Origin: an uncultured virus (IMG/VR IMGVR_UViG_3300008110_000016) | Lineage: Duplodnaviria; Heunggongvirae; Uroviricota; Caudoviricetes | Length of the DNA: 64,000 bases | Direction: 5' to 3' (one strand) | IMG/VR virus record: IMGVR_UViG_3300008110_000016 | In this document: one piece after another, positions 1 to 12,700 of the stretch | How the letters are laid out: every line of letters begins with the position of its first letter | Position numbering within the stretch: position 1 is the stretch's first letter | Program-made: the position numbers and the translations under genes | Notes under the pieces: generated by a model | The model's input: the letters and a program-made list of their open reading frames with translations, nothing else | Told to the model about the DNA's origin: nothing | The model's database searches: none

Positions 1-2
1 TA

Positions 3-3000
3 ACTGGACAAGGATTTGATCCAACAGACTTTAGTTACATGAGAGATTTCTTATTAAATCAAAGAAAACTTTCAACAGGATTTTTTGGTGGAGGAACAAA
101 TCTTCTTGGACTTAGACCGCTTCTTGTCGATGAAGGTGTTGAAAGAGGCCTGTTTAAATTCATGCCAGAAGAGCAGCAGGCTTCAATCAGGCAGCTTGCT
201 TCTACTCAGGCAACGTTTGATCCAGTAACTGGCGGACTTGGTACAGCTACTCAGACAATGGGTAGAAGTGCAATAGGTGGAGTGTTCCAAACCAGATCTG
301 GTGAAATACTTGACTTTACAAAAGTTACAAGTATGCTCACAAAAGCAAAAGATTTTATTGCGTCTGACTTTAGAATTCCAGTTGTTGGATTCAATCCAGC
401 AGACTTGATGGGAAATAGATCCTTAAGGGATATAAGAAATTCTCCTGTTCTACAATACGTTTCCTCTAGATCTGTTCAACCATTTGTTCCCCAAACAGAA
501 GTGAGACCTGATTTCTTTATTCTTAATAGAGTAAAAGGAACTAAAGGAACTCTTAGATCTTTCACTTCTGATGAGTCAGGTAGATTAAGTACCTCAAAAC
601 TATCTGGCTTATATAGAGCTGCACCTTCAGCTAGTACAGAAATTTTTTCTAGAGAAGCAAGAAACGCAGCAGGATTAGCTGGAGAAAGAGTAGATACTCT
701 TGGTGGTCAGGCGCAAAGGTTTGGAAGATTTAAGAGAATTTTTGATGTTGATCCAGAACAACCAAACTCTTTATTTAGATTAGCTTCTAGGTTTAGAAAT
801 AGAAACTCAGACATAAGAAATCCAAGAGTATTATCTGATTTACTTTCCAGTGAAAATAATACAATATCTTACAAGACTGCAAAAGGAACAAGAACATTAA
901 AACTTACTGGTCTTGGAGATGAAGCATCAGCTCTTAAAGTGGTGGATGAAACTGGAAATCAAGTCTATAGTCAATCACAGGTACTTAGTGCAGTAGAATC
1001 CTTTAGAAAGAGAATCTTTAATTTCAATATTAACCAAAGGGTAATGAAAGAACTTGAAGATGTTTCTCCAGGTTTATTTAGTTCTACTTCTGGAGTAAGA
1101 GCTAGCCAAATAAATACAGTTCAAGACGTTAGGTCTGCAGTTAGATATCTAGCAGAAGAACAAGGTCAAGCATATGCTCAAATTAGAGGATCTGGAATGG
1201 ATCCTCGTCAGCTTTCAAAGTCATTCTCTCGACTCCAGGGTTACATGGATGAAACTCAGTTTGATGTTGAAAGAGCTAGCTCAGAAGTATTTAGATACAT
1301 AGCACAAAGAAACCAGATGCTAAGGCAAGCAATGCCAACTGCATCAAGAACAGTCAACGCAACTGATGACATCTTTACTCAGATTGAAAAGGTAACAAGA
1401 CAACTTCAATCAGAAGGAAAGATAGGCATAGACGCAGCAGTAGAGGCTAGAGCTTTTGGTGTTGCAACACTTTTTAACTTTAGCGCATTTAGTACTCACC
1501 AAGGTGCTCGCAGTATTACGCAAAATGCATCTAGTGCACTTAATAGAGTCGTATCAAGTGCAACTGAAAATGAATCAGTAAGAAAACTATTTAGCGAGTT
1601 TACCAGAGGCAATACATCGATGGTTGGCACGACCATCAGACGACCTGCTTCTAGAATGTTGCCAGCTTTAAATAGAAAATTTGGAACTGCACCATATGAA
1701 ATAAATGATCTTTCAACAAATGTTCTTGGTAGCGGACAACAATACACAATGATACCAACTTTTGGTACTGTGTTTGCAAGAAATCCATTAAGCGCAATAA
1801 AGAGCGCAGCTGGAATAGGGACATATAAAAATCCTGAAGCCTTTTCTACTGGATCAATTCCAACAGCTCATATTTTTGGAAGATTAAATAAATACTTTGG
1901 TACGTTTGGTCTACAGTTAGATCAGTCTAAATACGGTGGTCCAGTTGACCTTTACATGAGGGGAATGGTTGGCAAGAGGGTTCTTCCAATTACTGCAGCT
2001 GGCGCAACATTTATGGCCGTTGATCGCACAATAGGTGGCGCAGTAAATGAAAGAGATGAAAGAGGAGAAAGGGTTTATTCTCCATTCTTTACAACAAAAT
2101 TAGCACGCGCTGCAGTCGAAGGTCAGTCTATAGGTGCGGGATTAGTTCCAGGTGGAATGTCCTATGAGGAAAAGAAAGATCAATTATTAAATGGCGAAGT
2201 TGCAGTTAGACAAGGTAGATACTGGCCATTAGGAACTACGCCATTTAAAGGTGGCAAAGTACTTTATTATAGACCTTCGTACTACAGAAAACTAGCAGAA
2301 GGAACTGGTTTAACTTCTGATTCATATTCTTCTCCAGCTGAAAAATTAGCTTTTGGTTACGACTTCTCTCCATTAAGACCATTTGATCCATATAGATTTG
2401 AAAGAGAAAATTACTACGATAGACCATATCCAGTAACTGGTGAATACTTTACTGGACCATTTGGTCCGGCAACTTCTTTGGCTAACTTGACAGTAGGTAA
2501 AATACTTAAGCCACAAATGACAATGCATGAAAGCGAAGTTGCAGCAGGACTGGCTTCGTATGTTCCTGCTGGAGTATCTGGCGCATACAATGCTCAAGGT
2601 TTAATAGATTCTGGTAAAGCGTCTCCTGTTATGGGAGCAACAGGAAATATAGTTTCTTTAAATGCAGCCAGTGGTGGTTATTTTGGTGCTGGAAGTCAAA
2701 TAGGAAGATACAACAATGCTCTATCGGCAAATGCTGGAGCAATGGCTACTGCAAGTAGGTCTGTAACAAATCAGATTGGTGGATACAATAACCAATTATC
2801 TAATGCTGCTGCAGCTGGTCCAGGTACACCGCTATCTCCAATAACATACGGTCCTCCAAAGGTTCCTGGAATTATTCCTCCATCAATAGTTCCTGCAGGA
2901 GCTCCAATATCAACTGGATCAATTCCGTTTCAAGCAAGTGAACTAGGATATAGATTACAAGAAACAGCTGGTATATATGGCTTTGCATTTGGATCTTTAA

Positions 3001-4628
3001 GAGAAGGTCTTGGCTTTGGAAGTCAAGATATGTCACCTCAAGTTTCTGCTTTGCAGTCGGCATCAAAGGGTTATGGTTCAACTAGAGCTTTCTGGGATCT
3101 TAACTTAGGTGGTCTTGGTGACGTTCCAATGGCTGGAGAAGGTTCCCTTGGAAATATTGAAGTTTCTGAAATTGTAAGAAGATTCATTCCAAAAGAAAGA
3201 ACAGACATTAACTATGTTAACCCGATTAGAAATACAATGGGTCAGCAGTATCCATTCCTTCCTGGTTCAGATTACTTTATAAACTTTAAAACTGGTGATC
3301 CATTTACAAAGGTTCAAGAAGGAGAAATTAGATTACCTGGTGCAGGCTACGAAAGATTAAATACTTTATATGGAGATGAAACTGGAAGATATGGTCGAGT
3401 AAATCAACTTGATATATTGGCAGATGTTGCCCCTTATTCTAAAGAATTTAGATCGCTCAATAGAACTATAAAAATGGGCGATCTTTCTCCAGCAGAAAGA
3501 ATAAAGGTTCAAGAAATTAGAGGTCAAGTAGAAGATACAACTACAAAATATGAATTTTCTGCCTATAAATATAAAGGCACTTCTGCTGAAGACTTAGGAA
3601 TGAACCCAACAATTCATGCATTCAGTAGGGCCGGAGAATTCATAGCCCACAGAGACACTTTCTTTAATACAAAATTTCTAAATAGAAGAACTGCTACTGA
3701 AGACTGGGAAAGAAGAAATGTTTATGGAGCAACGTTCCCAGAATGGCAGAGGCCATATGAAAGCTTTATAGAGCCAATGGTCAATAAGGCTTCTCAAAGA
3801 GATCCACTTAGCGCCACAATTGCTATGGCAGCAGCTGGTTCATTCTTTGGAAGAACTGCTACAGCAAAAACAGTAGGTTCTCTTGTTGGAGGCATGGCAG
3901 GGTTTACGTCTTCGGTGAAGGGTAATATTCATGAATTAGTTACTGGTGAAAGACAAATGCCAAAGACTAGAGTAAAAGAACTTGCACTAGAAGAATACAT
4001 AGATATATTAGGATATGTAAAAAATACAAGTCTTGCCGCAGAAGCTAGAGCAAGAGGCGATGCAGCAGCAGCAGCAAGTTTTACTTCAGCAGCTAAGAGA
4101 ACCATGTATGGAGCTGATATATATGGCGGATCTGTAGATAATCTTTCTTTAGCGATACCAAAAAGAAAACGTGAGCATTTTAAAGCAATGATCAACGCAC
4201 CAGAAGAAGAAAGAGAAAGAATTCTCTCAACTGCTGGCAGACTTGAAAGAAGAATATATCAAGCTTCTTGGGGAATGAAGGTGGAAGAAAGACCAGATCT
4301 AGCCGAATACTTCTCTAGACATGAACTTCCGGATCAACACTGGGAAGGTTGGCATCCTAATACCAACTTAGAGCATGTAAAGATTAAAATGGGAGAACAG
4401 ATGGGTCTAGAAATGTCCCAAATGGGTTACTATCCACAACAGATCAGAGAAGCAAATTTAACAAATCCTTCTTATCCTTCATTCTTTGAAAATAATTCCC
4501 CAGAAAATGTAGGCTCACAATTAAGAGCAATGATGTCAAGAATGGGAGTTTCTGGAAGCGTAAGGGAAAATAGAAATCCTTATGGTTCTAACTCAGTTAA
4601 CTTAATGTCAGCCATTAACGTATTTTAA
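3..4628 (+). CDS. Very large virion-associated protein (tape-measure/internal-protein-like), 5' truncated by the window edge
   Basis: The frame is open from base 3 (TGQGFDPTDFSY) into the listed ATG at 39. Over 1500 aa, Gly/Ala/Arg-rich, with hydrophobic Gly-rich stretches (TIAMAAAGSFFG...VGSLVGGMAGF). It lies upstream of the baseplate genes; function is inferred from size and position only. Confidence 0.55.
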   Translation, partial: TGQGFDPTDFSYMRDFLLNQRKLSTGFFGGGTNLLGLRPLLVDEGVERGLFKFMPEEQQASIRQLASTQATFDPVTGGLGTATQTMGRSAIGGVFQTRSGEILDFTKVTSMLTKAKDFIASDFRIPVVGFNPADLMGNRSLRDIRNSPVLQYVSSRSVQPFVPQTEVRPDFFILNRVKGTKGTLRSFTSDESGRLSTSKLSGLYRAAPSASTEIFSREARNAAGLAGERVDTLGGQAQRFGRFKRIFDVDPEQPNSLFRLASRFRNRNSDIRNPRVLSDLLSSENNTISYKTAKGTRTLKLTGLGDEASALKVVDETGNQVYSQSQVLSAVESFRKRIFNFNINQRVMKELEDVSPGLFSSTSGVRASQINTVQDVRSAVRYLAEEQGQAYAQIRGSGMDPRQLSKSFSRLQGYMDETQFDVERASSEVFRYIAQRNQMLRQAMPTASRTVNATDDIFTQIEKVTRQLQSEGKIGIDAAVEARAFGVATLFNFSAFSTHQGARSITQNASSALNRVVSSATENESVRKLFSEFTRGNTSMVGTTIRRPASRMLPALNRKFGTAPYEINDLSTNVLGSGQQYTMIPTFGTVFARNPLSAIKSAAGIGTYKNPEAFSTGSIPTAHIFGRLNKYFGTFGLQLDQSKYGGPVDLYMRGMVGKRVLPITAAGATFMAVDRTIGGAVNERDERGERVYSPFFTTKLARAAVEGQSIGAGLVPGGMSYEEKKDQLLNGEVAVRQGRYWPLGTTPFKGGKVLYYRPSYYRKLAEGTGLTSDSYSSPAEKLAFGYDFSPLRPFDPYRFERENYYDRPYPVTGEYFTGPFGPATSLANLTVGKILKPQMTMHESEVAAGLASYVPAGVSGAYNAQGLIDSGKASPVMGATGNIVSLNAASGGYFGAGSQIGRYNNALSANAGAMATASRSVTNQIGGYNNQLSNAAAAGPGTPLSPITYGPPKVPGIIPPSIVPAGAPISTGSIPFQASELGYRLQETAGIYGFAFGSLREGLGFGSQDMSPQVSALQSASKGYGSTRAFWDLNLGGLGDVPMAGEGSLGNIEVSEIVRRFIPKERTDINYVNPIRNTMGQQYPFLPGSDYFINFKTGDPFTKVQEGEIRLPGAGYERLNTLYGDETGRYGRVNQLDILADVAPYSKEFRSLNRTIKMGDLSPAERIKVQEIRGQVEDTTTKYEFSAYKYKGTSAEDLGMNPTIHAFSRAGEFIAHRDTFFNTKFLNRRTATEDWERRNVYGATFPEWQRPYESFIEPMVNKASQRDPLSATIAMAAAGSFFGRTATAKTVGSLVGGMAGFTSSVKGNIHELVTGERQMPKTRVKELALEEYIDILGYVKNTSLAAEARARGDAAAAASFTSAAKRTMYGADIYGGSVDNLSLAIPKRKREHFKAMINAPEEERERILSTAGRLERRIYQASWGMKVEERPDLAEYFSRHELPDQHWEGWHPNTNLEHVKIKMGEQMGLEMSQMGYYPQQIREANLTNPSYPSFFENNSPENVGSQLRAMMSRMGVSGSVRENRNPYGSNSVNLMSAINVF

Positions 4629-4639
4629 AGTGAAAAACT

Positions 4640-7600
4640 ATGCCAAGCATTAATCCAAACATAAGCCTGAGTGCTATACCGATAGAAACAAGAGTGCAGG
4701 CTGAAAGACGCCTCTTAAATAGGACTATGTATGGCCTTAATGACATTGTCAGAGTTGATGTTGAAGGCGAAAATATTGTATATAAATTGAATACAACTGG
4801 AGAAACATTTACAGCTGCAAAAGATGCATTTGACGCTGCCAGTAAAACTGGAATGACAACCTTTGCTAGAATAACTGGAGACCTAGAAACCTCTTCTTAT
4901 AACACAAGAGGCTTTGGTGGCTTAGAACAAAGGCTTAAAACAATAAGAGACACCTTAACTACTGATGCAGGACTAGCAAATAGACTTGGTATAGACGACC
5001 CAAATCTTATACGATTTGAAGTAGCAACATTCAAAACTGGAATAGGAAATAAACAATCTATAAAATCTATTGTTGATCAAGTTGGCGAAAACTTAGGAGT
5101 AATAGTTCCAGACGACTCGGCATTTAATTTGCTTAGAGTTTTTTCCGGCGATAGGGAATTTACAGTAGGCGAAATATCCAGACTATTCAGCGCTACATCA
5201 GAAGGTCTTGGTGGAATTTTGTCTACACAGGATTTGATGAACGCACTCAAAGAAGGTCCAGACGAAGTTGCATCTATGTATTCTAAATCTGGCAAGCGTG
5301 TTAGAGGTGCAATAGGTTTAAGAGATATATCTCTCGCTGGAGAAGATATGGGCAATATCCTTCAGCAAGTTAGCGGGACTACAAAGCTTGACAAAAGATC
5401 TGTAAGAATATTTAAGATTTCAGAAGATCTTATGCAGATGGCTGAATCATACATATCAACATTGGGTTCTGCTGAATATGGAGCATTTGCCGGAAATGCA
5501 AGAGGAGCAAGATCCTACGCAGAAATACAAGTAATGGATGCATTCGGAGACACTGTAGAGGGTTTAGAAAAGAGAGCTTTCTATAATAAAAGCGGAGCAA
5601 TGGATCAGGTGATAGGGGCTTTAAAAAGCGTTGGTGTTCTAGACGACAATGGTAATGTATTAAAGCAAATGAGTGGCCTAAATGCAGATGATATTAAGTT
5701 ACTTGAAGGAAAATTTAAAGCTGGATTTGATGGAACATCTGTAATAAATTCTAGAATGTTTAATGCAATGAGAGCTCAAGTTGAGAATGAATTAAACACT
5801 TTAATGACTTTGCCAGTAGATCAAAGATCTCGATCAAGCTGGCTTTGCAAAAGAATTAGATAAGTATTCAATACTTACAACAGACGTTGCTCTTAAAAAA
5901 GAAACAGCCATTATGGGTACTGATGAATCTATTAACCTTGTTTTGCAAGGAGATGTTAGTTCAAGGGTTTATTATGACCCACTTGCTCCCGCATTTCATT
6001 ATGATATGTTCTCTGATCCGACATATATAAAAGCAAATGAACGTAGACAAAATAGAATTATAACTTCATTAAATCATGCTATTGAAACTGGTGAGATTAG
6101 GGCAAATCTTAGAAGGCAAATATATCAAGCCGCAGAACAAAATATTGATGCAATACCAGATGCTGCCAGATCTTCAGCTGAAAGAAACAGAATGTTTATG
6201 CGTCAGTTAAAAGAAGCAATAGAGTCTGGAATGGATGTTAGGACCATGCCACAGCTCTTAAACTACTTGAAGAAAAATGCCAGTGCAGATTTATATAGAT
6301 TTAAAGATGGAGTATATCAGCCAGCTCTTGAAGATACGTTTAGAGTTTCTTTGGATACAGAATCTTCGTTCTTTGCTGGAAGGTCTGAAAAAGCAGCGAG
6401 ACTTGGAGAGGGTCTTAGGGAAATAAATCTATTTGGTCGTAATGAACCAATAAAAGCACTGACCTTTCAGATTCAAGGTCACAAGATGTTGTTTGCCGGA
6501 GACGCAGCAAGCATGTTTAAGCATTCTCTTGGTGGTTTCGACTTGGACGACAAAGGCATCGTCATGCCAAGAATATTTAAGGATGCAAGTGGAAATGATA
6601 GATTGGGAACTTTTATATTTCGTCAACCAACTGGTCCTGGAGAATTTATATTTGGAAAAGCAGACTTAAGAAATAGTGACACAATTAAATTGTTCTTAGC
6701 AAACAATGATGCGCTGATGGAAGAGTTTGAAAGTGTAATGCCCAGAAATGCAAATAATCAACTTGTAAGTTCAATATACGAAAGTATAACTGCAACAGGT
6801 AAAAGAAAACAAGAATTAGATAGATTTCTTTATCAACAAAGTTCTGATGACATAGAGGATTTTATCGTTGCTCTTATGAAAAAAGCAGAAACGTCTGGAA
6901 CTTATAAAGCTCAAAGAGTTGATCTAAGTCATTCTTTTTTTAGACAATTAGAAGGAAAAGAGTTTTCTTCTCCACTAGCTCTTACAAGAGAAAATATTAA
7001 GGCAGCAGCAGCAGCTGGATTAGGTGAAGAAAAATATTTGGTTCAGCAATATAACTATGGAAATATGTTAAGAGTTTTCGCTACAGAAGGTTCTTTTAAA
7101 TATAGTGACCAAATACATGAAGGGCTCAGAGCTTATACTACTGACGCTGAGTTTGAGTCTTTAAACGCAATGCGAACAGCAGGTGAAGATACTTTGTATG
7201 GACAAAGAATCGCTGAGATTATGCGTAATGCAACTGCAGAAAATAGAGCTGGTATATCTTCTTTATTTGATGAAGATTTAGCTAGAAAAAGCAGAGCTGC
7301 AATCACTAAAAACGACACTATCGGTCAATATATTAACAGGTTAACTGTAGCAGCTGCTGGAGCAGATCAACAAGAAGCAATATTATCTAGACTTGAAGGA
7401 AAGGTTAGTGATGATATTCTTTCTTCTTTAAGAAATAAGCGTATTGCTACCTTTGCTCCTTCAGACGTGGTCGACTTAATTGTCAACCTAAACGAAGATA
7501 TTGGAGTTGAAGGAGTAGAAAACCTTGAAAAACTTTACGGTGGAGCAATAGATAAAGAATCAGCAGCAAAAGCAATCATGAAAATAACTGGAATCCAAGA

Positions 7601-9270
7601 AGAAGCGGGTGTTTCAGTTGTGGAAGCAGCTGGAAGACAAATGATAGATTCTAAGTTTGAACTATTAGGTAGACTGAGAGCACTTTCAATGCAGAACTTA
7701 ATAGATCAAGATGACTATAAAGATATGCTAGCTGGAATTGATAATGCCATTATAGATGCAAGACTAAAACGGAGATGACGTTACACGAGGATTAAAAGCT
7801 TATCAATTTGGATTTGATGACACGGCTCAGTCTGGAGCAATTTCAGAGGACATGGCAAAATATTCTCAATCAATAAAAGACGCATTTAGCGGTGGAAACG
7901 AAAGCGGAATAAAAGAAAGAGTTAAAGAACTTCTTGGATTAGATGCAGAAAGTCCATTCGCACATGCTTCAAAAAGCCTTCAGCTTGGACAACAAGCAAA
8001 AGACGCAATGGACGCCGTAGACAATGCTATATTTAAATTAAATCAAGTAGCATATTCTGGTGAAATTGTAAACTCTAGACAATCTTCCGTTTTAGCATCA
8101 AATATTCTGCAAGAAGCAGAATCCATGATGCAGAGAAACTCAACATTATTAAATCTAGCAAAAGATAGCGGAGACGATGTAACTAGTGAATTCTTTAAGT
8201 ATCAAGCTCCAAAATTAAGAGGAGAGCTTGTCGATAAAGTTAGATCAATGATTTATGAAGCAGCTGGTGGGCAGGAGGAGTCTAGTGTTAGACAAATATT
8301 AGACGCAATGGAAACTCAAATGTCTGGAAGATATAGAGGTTTGCGCAGAGAGCTCACATCAACACCTGGGTTTTTAGATGAAAATACTTTAGCAGACATG
8401 TTTAATGCTAGAAGGTCAGAAAGAGCAGTTTCATTCCTTCAAAGACAAGATGGCATATCTGGTTTAACTGATCAGTATGAAGAAATGGTGCAAGCCATGA
8501 AGACAATGTCTATTGAAGAAAGAAGAGAAATACTAGCTATATCTCAGGATATGATTGGTAAGTCAACAAGAGGTGTAGCTGCAGTTGACGAAGACCAGTT
8601 TAGAATAGCAGCTGCTCTTCTTGTGGGTCCAGAAAAAACAATAGAATCCCTGCAACTTGACGAAGCAACAGAAAAAGCAGTTAGACAAATGAGACTACTG
8701 CAGCAAGCTAGAAGTACGATAACTGAATTGGGAATGGACGAGATACTCTCATTTGGAGGTAGGGCATCTGCTTCTAATTTTGCACCGGGAGCTATTGATT
8801 TAACTGATGAAGAACGAGGAAATCTATTTAGAGGCTTAGATGGAACAGTTGCTGGAGAAACGCAAAGACCATCTGAAACAGCTTATAAGAGAATAGGTAA
8901 AGAATTCTTTGATAAACCAATAGTTAAAAAATCAGCCTATGCAATTGCTGGCTTAGTAGCTGCAAGCTTTATTTATTCAGGAGCAAAAGATAGATCCCAA
9001 TCTGATATGTCTGGGCCACCACTTCTTCCTGGCGGATCTGCTTATGAAGCAATGTCTCAAAGGCAACCACAAATTCCTGAAGGATCTATTTTTTCAGGTT
9101 ATGATCAAGGCGTAAGTTATACTGTAAATATAGAGGGCTCTAGAGAGCAAGCCGAATCTTTTTCAAATTCTATAGGATCTGTTGCAAGAGGGCCCGTGAA
9201 CAGTACTATGTATAGAGGACTGCCACAATTAGGCAAAGATCCTTATTCCCAAATCGCCAGTTCTTATTAG
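4640..9270 (+). CDS. Large helical virion protein, ~1542 aa when three ORFs (4640-5863, 5913-7778, 7852-9270) are joined by two +1 shifts
   Basis: The +1 frame is open from 5832 (DQAGFAKELDKYSILTTDVALKKETAI-MGTDES) and from 7771 (GDDVTRGLKAYQFGFDDTAQSGAISED-MAKYSQ). C-terminal hydrophobic segment AYAIAGLVAASFIY. Confidence 0.55.
5831..5834 (+). other. Apparent +1 frame change at an in-frame CGA-T (atypical site)
   Basis: AGA TCT CGA TCA...TAA(5863); skipping C5831 gives GAT CAA GCT, in frame with ORF 5913. The switch must fall between TAG 5817-5819 and TAA 5861-5863. Confidence 0.45.
7770..7773 (+). other. +1 frame-change site CGG-A
   Basis: CTA AAA CGG AGA TGA; skipping the C gives GGA GAT GAC..., open into ORF 7852. 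Confidence 0.75.
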
Positions 9271-9281
9271 GTTGATTATTT

Positions 9282-9746
9282 ATGATTCTAGGTGCTGACA
9301 AGCAGAACAAAAACCTTAGAGCTGCATCTACTATTAAAGTTGACTCTACGGCAAAAACAAGGACAGCAAACCATTATTCTGCGTCTGTATCCAGCTCTAA
9401 AACAACCAGCAATTCTACTTCAGCCAGGACTCAACAGACTATAAATCATCAGTCTAGATCTAAGATAAATGACGGAACTCCAGATCCAATAAGAGGATCA
9501 ATGGAAGGTTTGGACAATGGCAAGTCTACTCACATCCAGATGGACAACAGAGGATATGACGCAAAATCACTACAGACCGCAAGGTACAAAGATAAAAATA
9601 AAGTTTTAAATCCAGTGCAAGGAAGTTCACTTTCCTTTACAAATCTTCAAAATAAGAGTATAATGAATAACTACAGCGGAATAACCATGAGTGGATCTTC
9701 CAGTGACAGAATGTCAAAAAACTTAAGATTAAACAGAATGTTTTGA
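9282..9746 (+). CDS. Hypothetical Ser/Thr/Asn-rich protein
   Basis: 154 aa ORF tightly packed between structural genes. Confidence 0.6.
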   Translation: MILGADKQNKNLRAASTIKVDSTAKTRTANHYSASVSSSKTTSNSTSARTQQTINHQSRSKINDGTPDPIRGSMEGLDNGKSTHIQMDNRGYDAKSLQTARYKDKNKVLNPVQGSSLSFTNLQNKSIMNNYSGITMSGSSSDRMSKNLRLNRMF

Positions 9747-9752
9747 TAAATT

Positions 9753-12700
9753 ATGGCTAAAGTAGAAATAGAAAAGTATCTTACTGCATACCTTGCAGAC
9801 ATATCTGTAGAAGAATACAATAAGGCAGTTTCCGAAGTTCAGTCCGCTATAACACAAGGTGTAGCTGCATATGCAGAGCTAAAACAAAAAGTTCAATCTG
9901 ACTCCAATAAAATATTTGCTAGAAATTTTAACACAAAAGTTGCCAGCCAATTTTCTGAAGAAAGTGGAGGCAACCTTGGCCTTCATAACTATTGGTATAT
10001 TAATTTAGGAAGCATAGAGAGAGGTTATTCCTCAAATTACCGGAGGTGGAAGAGGTGGTGAGGACGGTAGGGGAAATCATGTATTTGGAAAACCAAATAC
10101 CCCATCTCAAGCTACTCAGGATTATGTTAAAAACACAATCTGGCCAAAAGTAAAAAAGGTATTAGACGTATCAAATAAATATACTGGTTTTGGCACAAAC
10201 AAAGCTATTATGGATATTTATGATTTAGATGTTTTTTATAATAATTTAGCATCTAATGGTAGATACAACTATTATGACTATAACAATATAGATCCAGCAG
10301 CACTTCTTGCTGGTGGCACATATCTGTGGCAAATTATTTTTGAAACATCTTCTGATGAATTAGGCGCTGGTGCCGGTCAATATATAAAGTCTTTAAAAAA
10401 GATAAAAGTATATGGACTAAATGACTATTATGGTGGCAGTGATATACTTGGCAATACCTTAGCTGGTCTTATAGCTACATTAAAAGGTATTAAAAATAAA
10501 CTAGATAATTTCGATCCAGTTAATCACAAGTTTAAAACGACTTACGCAGAAGATTTAATAGGTGATGTTCAATCAGAAATTACCCTTGGTAATCAACTCG
10601 ACGCTCTGCTAGCTAAATATCAAATTGGTTTTAATCTTGAGTATGAGCTTTCTGTTAAATACGGTCAAGCTTTTTCTGATAATATGTCAAAATATCAAGC
10701 ATCTTTCTTTAGAGTTATGGCACCAAACGACATGCTTGTCGATAAAGATCAAAAATATATCAAGGGTGTTTGGGATAGAATAAAAACAAGTGGATTAATA
10801 GACTTAGCCTTAAGCGCAAGTGCAATTGGTGAGTTCGCCAAAAAAAGATTCAGCGCAGGAAATAATTTACTTGATCCTCAATTAGGTAGTGCGCAAGTCG
10901 CTTTGGATCCAGTAAGAGATACAATATGGCTTAATGATTTAACTATTGTTATTCAAAATCTATCAAGAGATCCATTGACTCTTGCCATAGTACAGTCTTA
11001 TTTTCCTAATCTTGCAACCTTATTCTTTAACGCTTCTGCTGCAGCTGCTGATTATTCTGGCGGAAGCGAAGATGATCCAATTAATAATATTGATGAGTTG
11101 GCAAAATCTCTTCTTAGATCTTTTGGTACAGATAAAGATGGAAACCCAATATTTAAACCAGCTTGGGAGTTAATTAACACTGGACAAAGAATTAAAAAAG
11201 CTTTAGAGGATTTTCCGTTTAGAGAAAATATTCCACCAAAAACTCCCGACATATTCCACTTTAGACTTGGTGCAGCAAACTTCTATGTTCCACCAATTTC
11301 AATTAATGTTAGTTCACAGTTTAAAACAGGAAGTTTAACATCTGGCGCAATTAGACAGAAGAATAGTCCTAAGTTTAACGCTGGATATAAAGAAACTTCA
11401 ATAAGCGTTAAATTATTTTTTCCAAACTATGAAGAAATTTGGGGTTTATCAATTGATGGAATTAAAGATGTTACGCTGAATAAGGACTTTAAGATAGACT
11501 TTAAAGAAGCAGGGAATGAAGAAAAGATAGATAAATTTTTATCTTCACTTAGAGGACTAGTTGCAGCATTCAAATATGCTCCTATTCTTCCTGTAAAGAA
11601 TCATTACCTAAATGCCGTACACGGAATTTCTGGAGTCGCTTTGTCATCAATGAGCATCTCCACAATTCCAAACTACCCATTTGCTTTAGTGGTGGACTTA
11701 GAGCTTCTGAACTTTAATCATAAGCCGTTCTTGCCAATGATTAAAGACTTTAACCAAGCTGTTCATTGGGGTAAGTTTAGGCACTACATGGGCAAAGCAG
11801 CTGGACAACTGCATGGCTACATTAATGAGTCTTTCTTGCTCCCTAAACCAGAAGATGCAGAAGAACCAAGCGCTAATCTAAATAGAATAACATCTCCTAC
11901 TCCTTACGATACAAGGCCTAATTTAACCACTTTAAATAACAGTGTTGACTCTCAATCTGCACAAGTCGAACCAGATTTAATAACCGATCCTTATAAGAAT
12001 GATGTCTTTACTACAAATGTAATTAAAGAATATAGAAATGGAAATAATATTTCTATATTTATTCCAGAGAGAATACAGACAAAACTTTTTACTCCTGATT
12101 CATCATCTTTTAGATCAGATGAAGAAAAGCTTTTAGATGACACCGGTCAGTCCATGTGGGACTCTTTGTTGAAGAAAATTGGCATTGACGTAAATCAATC
12201 TGCTGGTTATTATAGGTCTTTAAATTCAGTTGTTCAAACTTCAATAGAAGGTTCTGTAAGCCCTTCTGCAAGAAGAGTTGTTCTTGAGAGTATAGAGTTA
12301 CTTGTTGCTGGACTTGGAAAAGGTTCATACAATGAAGAGGACGGAACTAACACATACAATGAGAAAGTTTATGACTACTTTGCAAAGGCATTCGTTGCTG
12401 AGAATAAATCTAAACTAACTCAACAAGAAATTGATTATGTTCTAAATAGTCCTAATGAAACGCCATCTCAGGAATATGTAACTAGAGCTGAAACCTTTAA
12501 ATATAAAGGTAAAGACCTAGTAAGAAGCAGTCAAACTGATGAAGAAATAAATTATAGTCTTCAAGATGTTAGAAATCTTTTTAAAGAAGCATCAAAAGAT
12601 ACCGTGAGTGCTCTTAATCAGCTAGCTAATGATGAAGCAGATAGAAAAGCAAATACGACTGGTAAGTCTAGAGAAGACTTCATAAAACAGGCAACAGAAG

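Noticed and set aside
2690..2820. Short duplicated peptide QIGRYNNALS / QIGGYNNQLS
   Set aside because: Only two copies in a low-complexity Gly/Ala linker; no further structure evident
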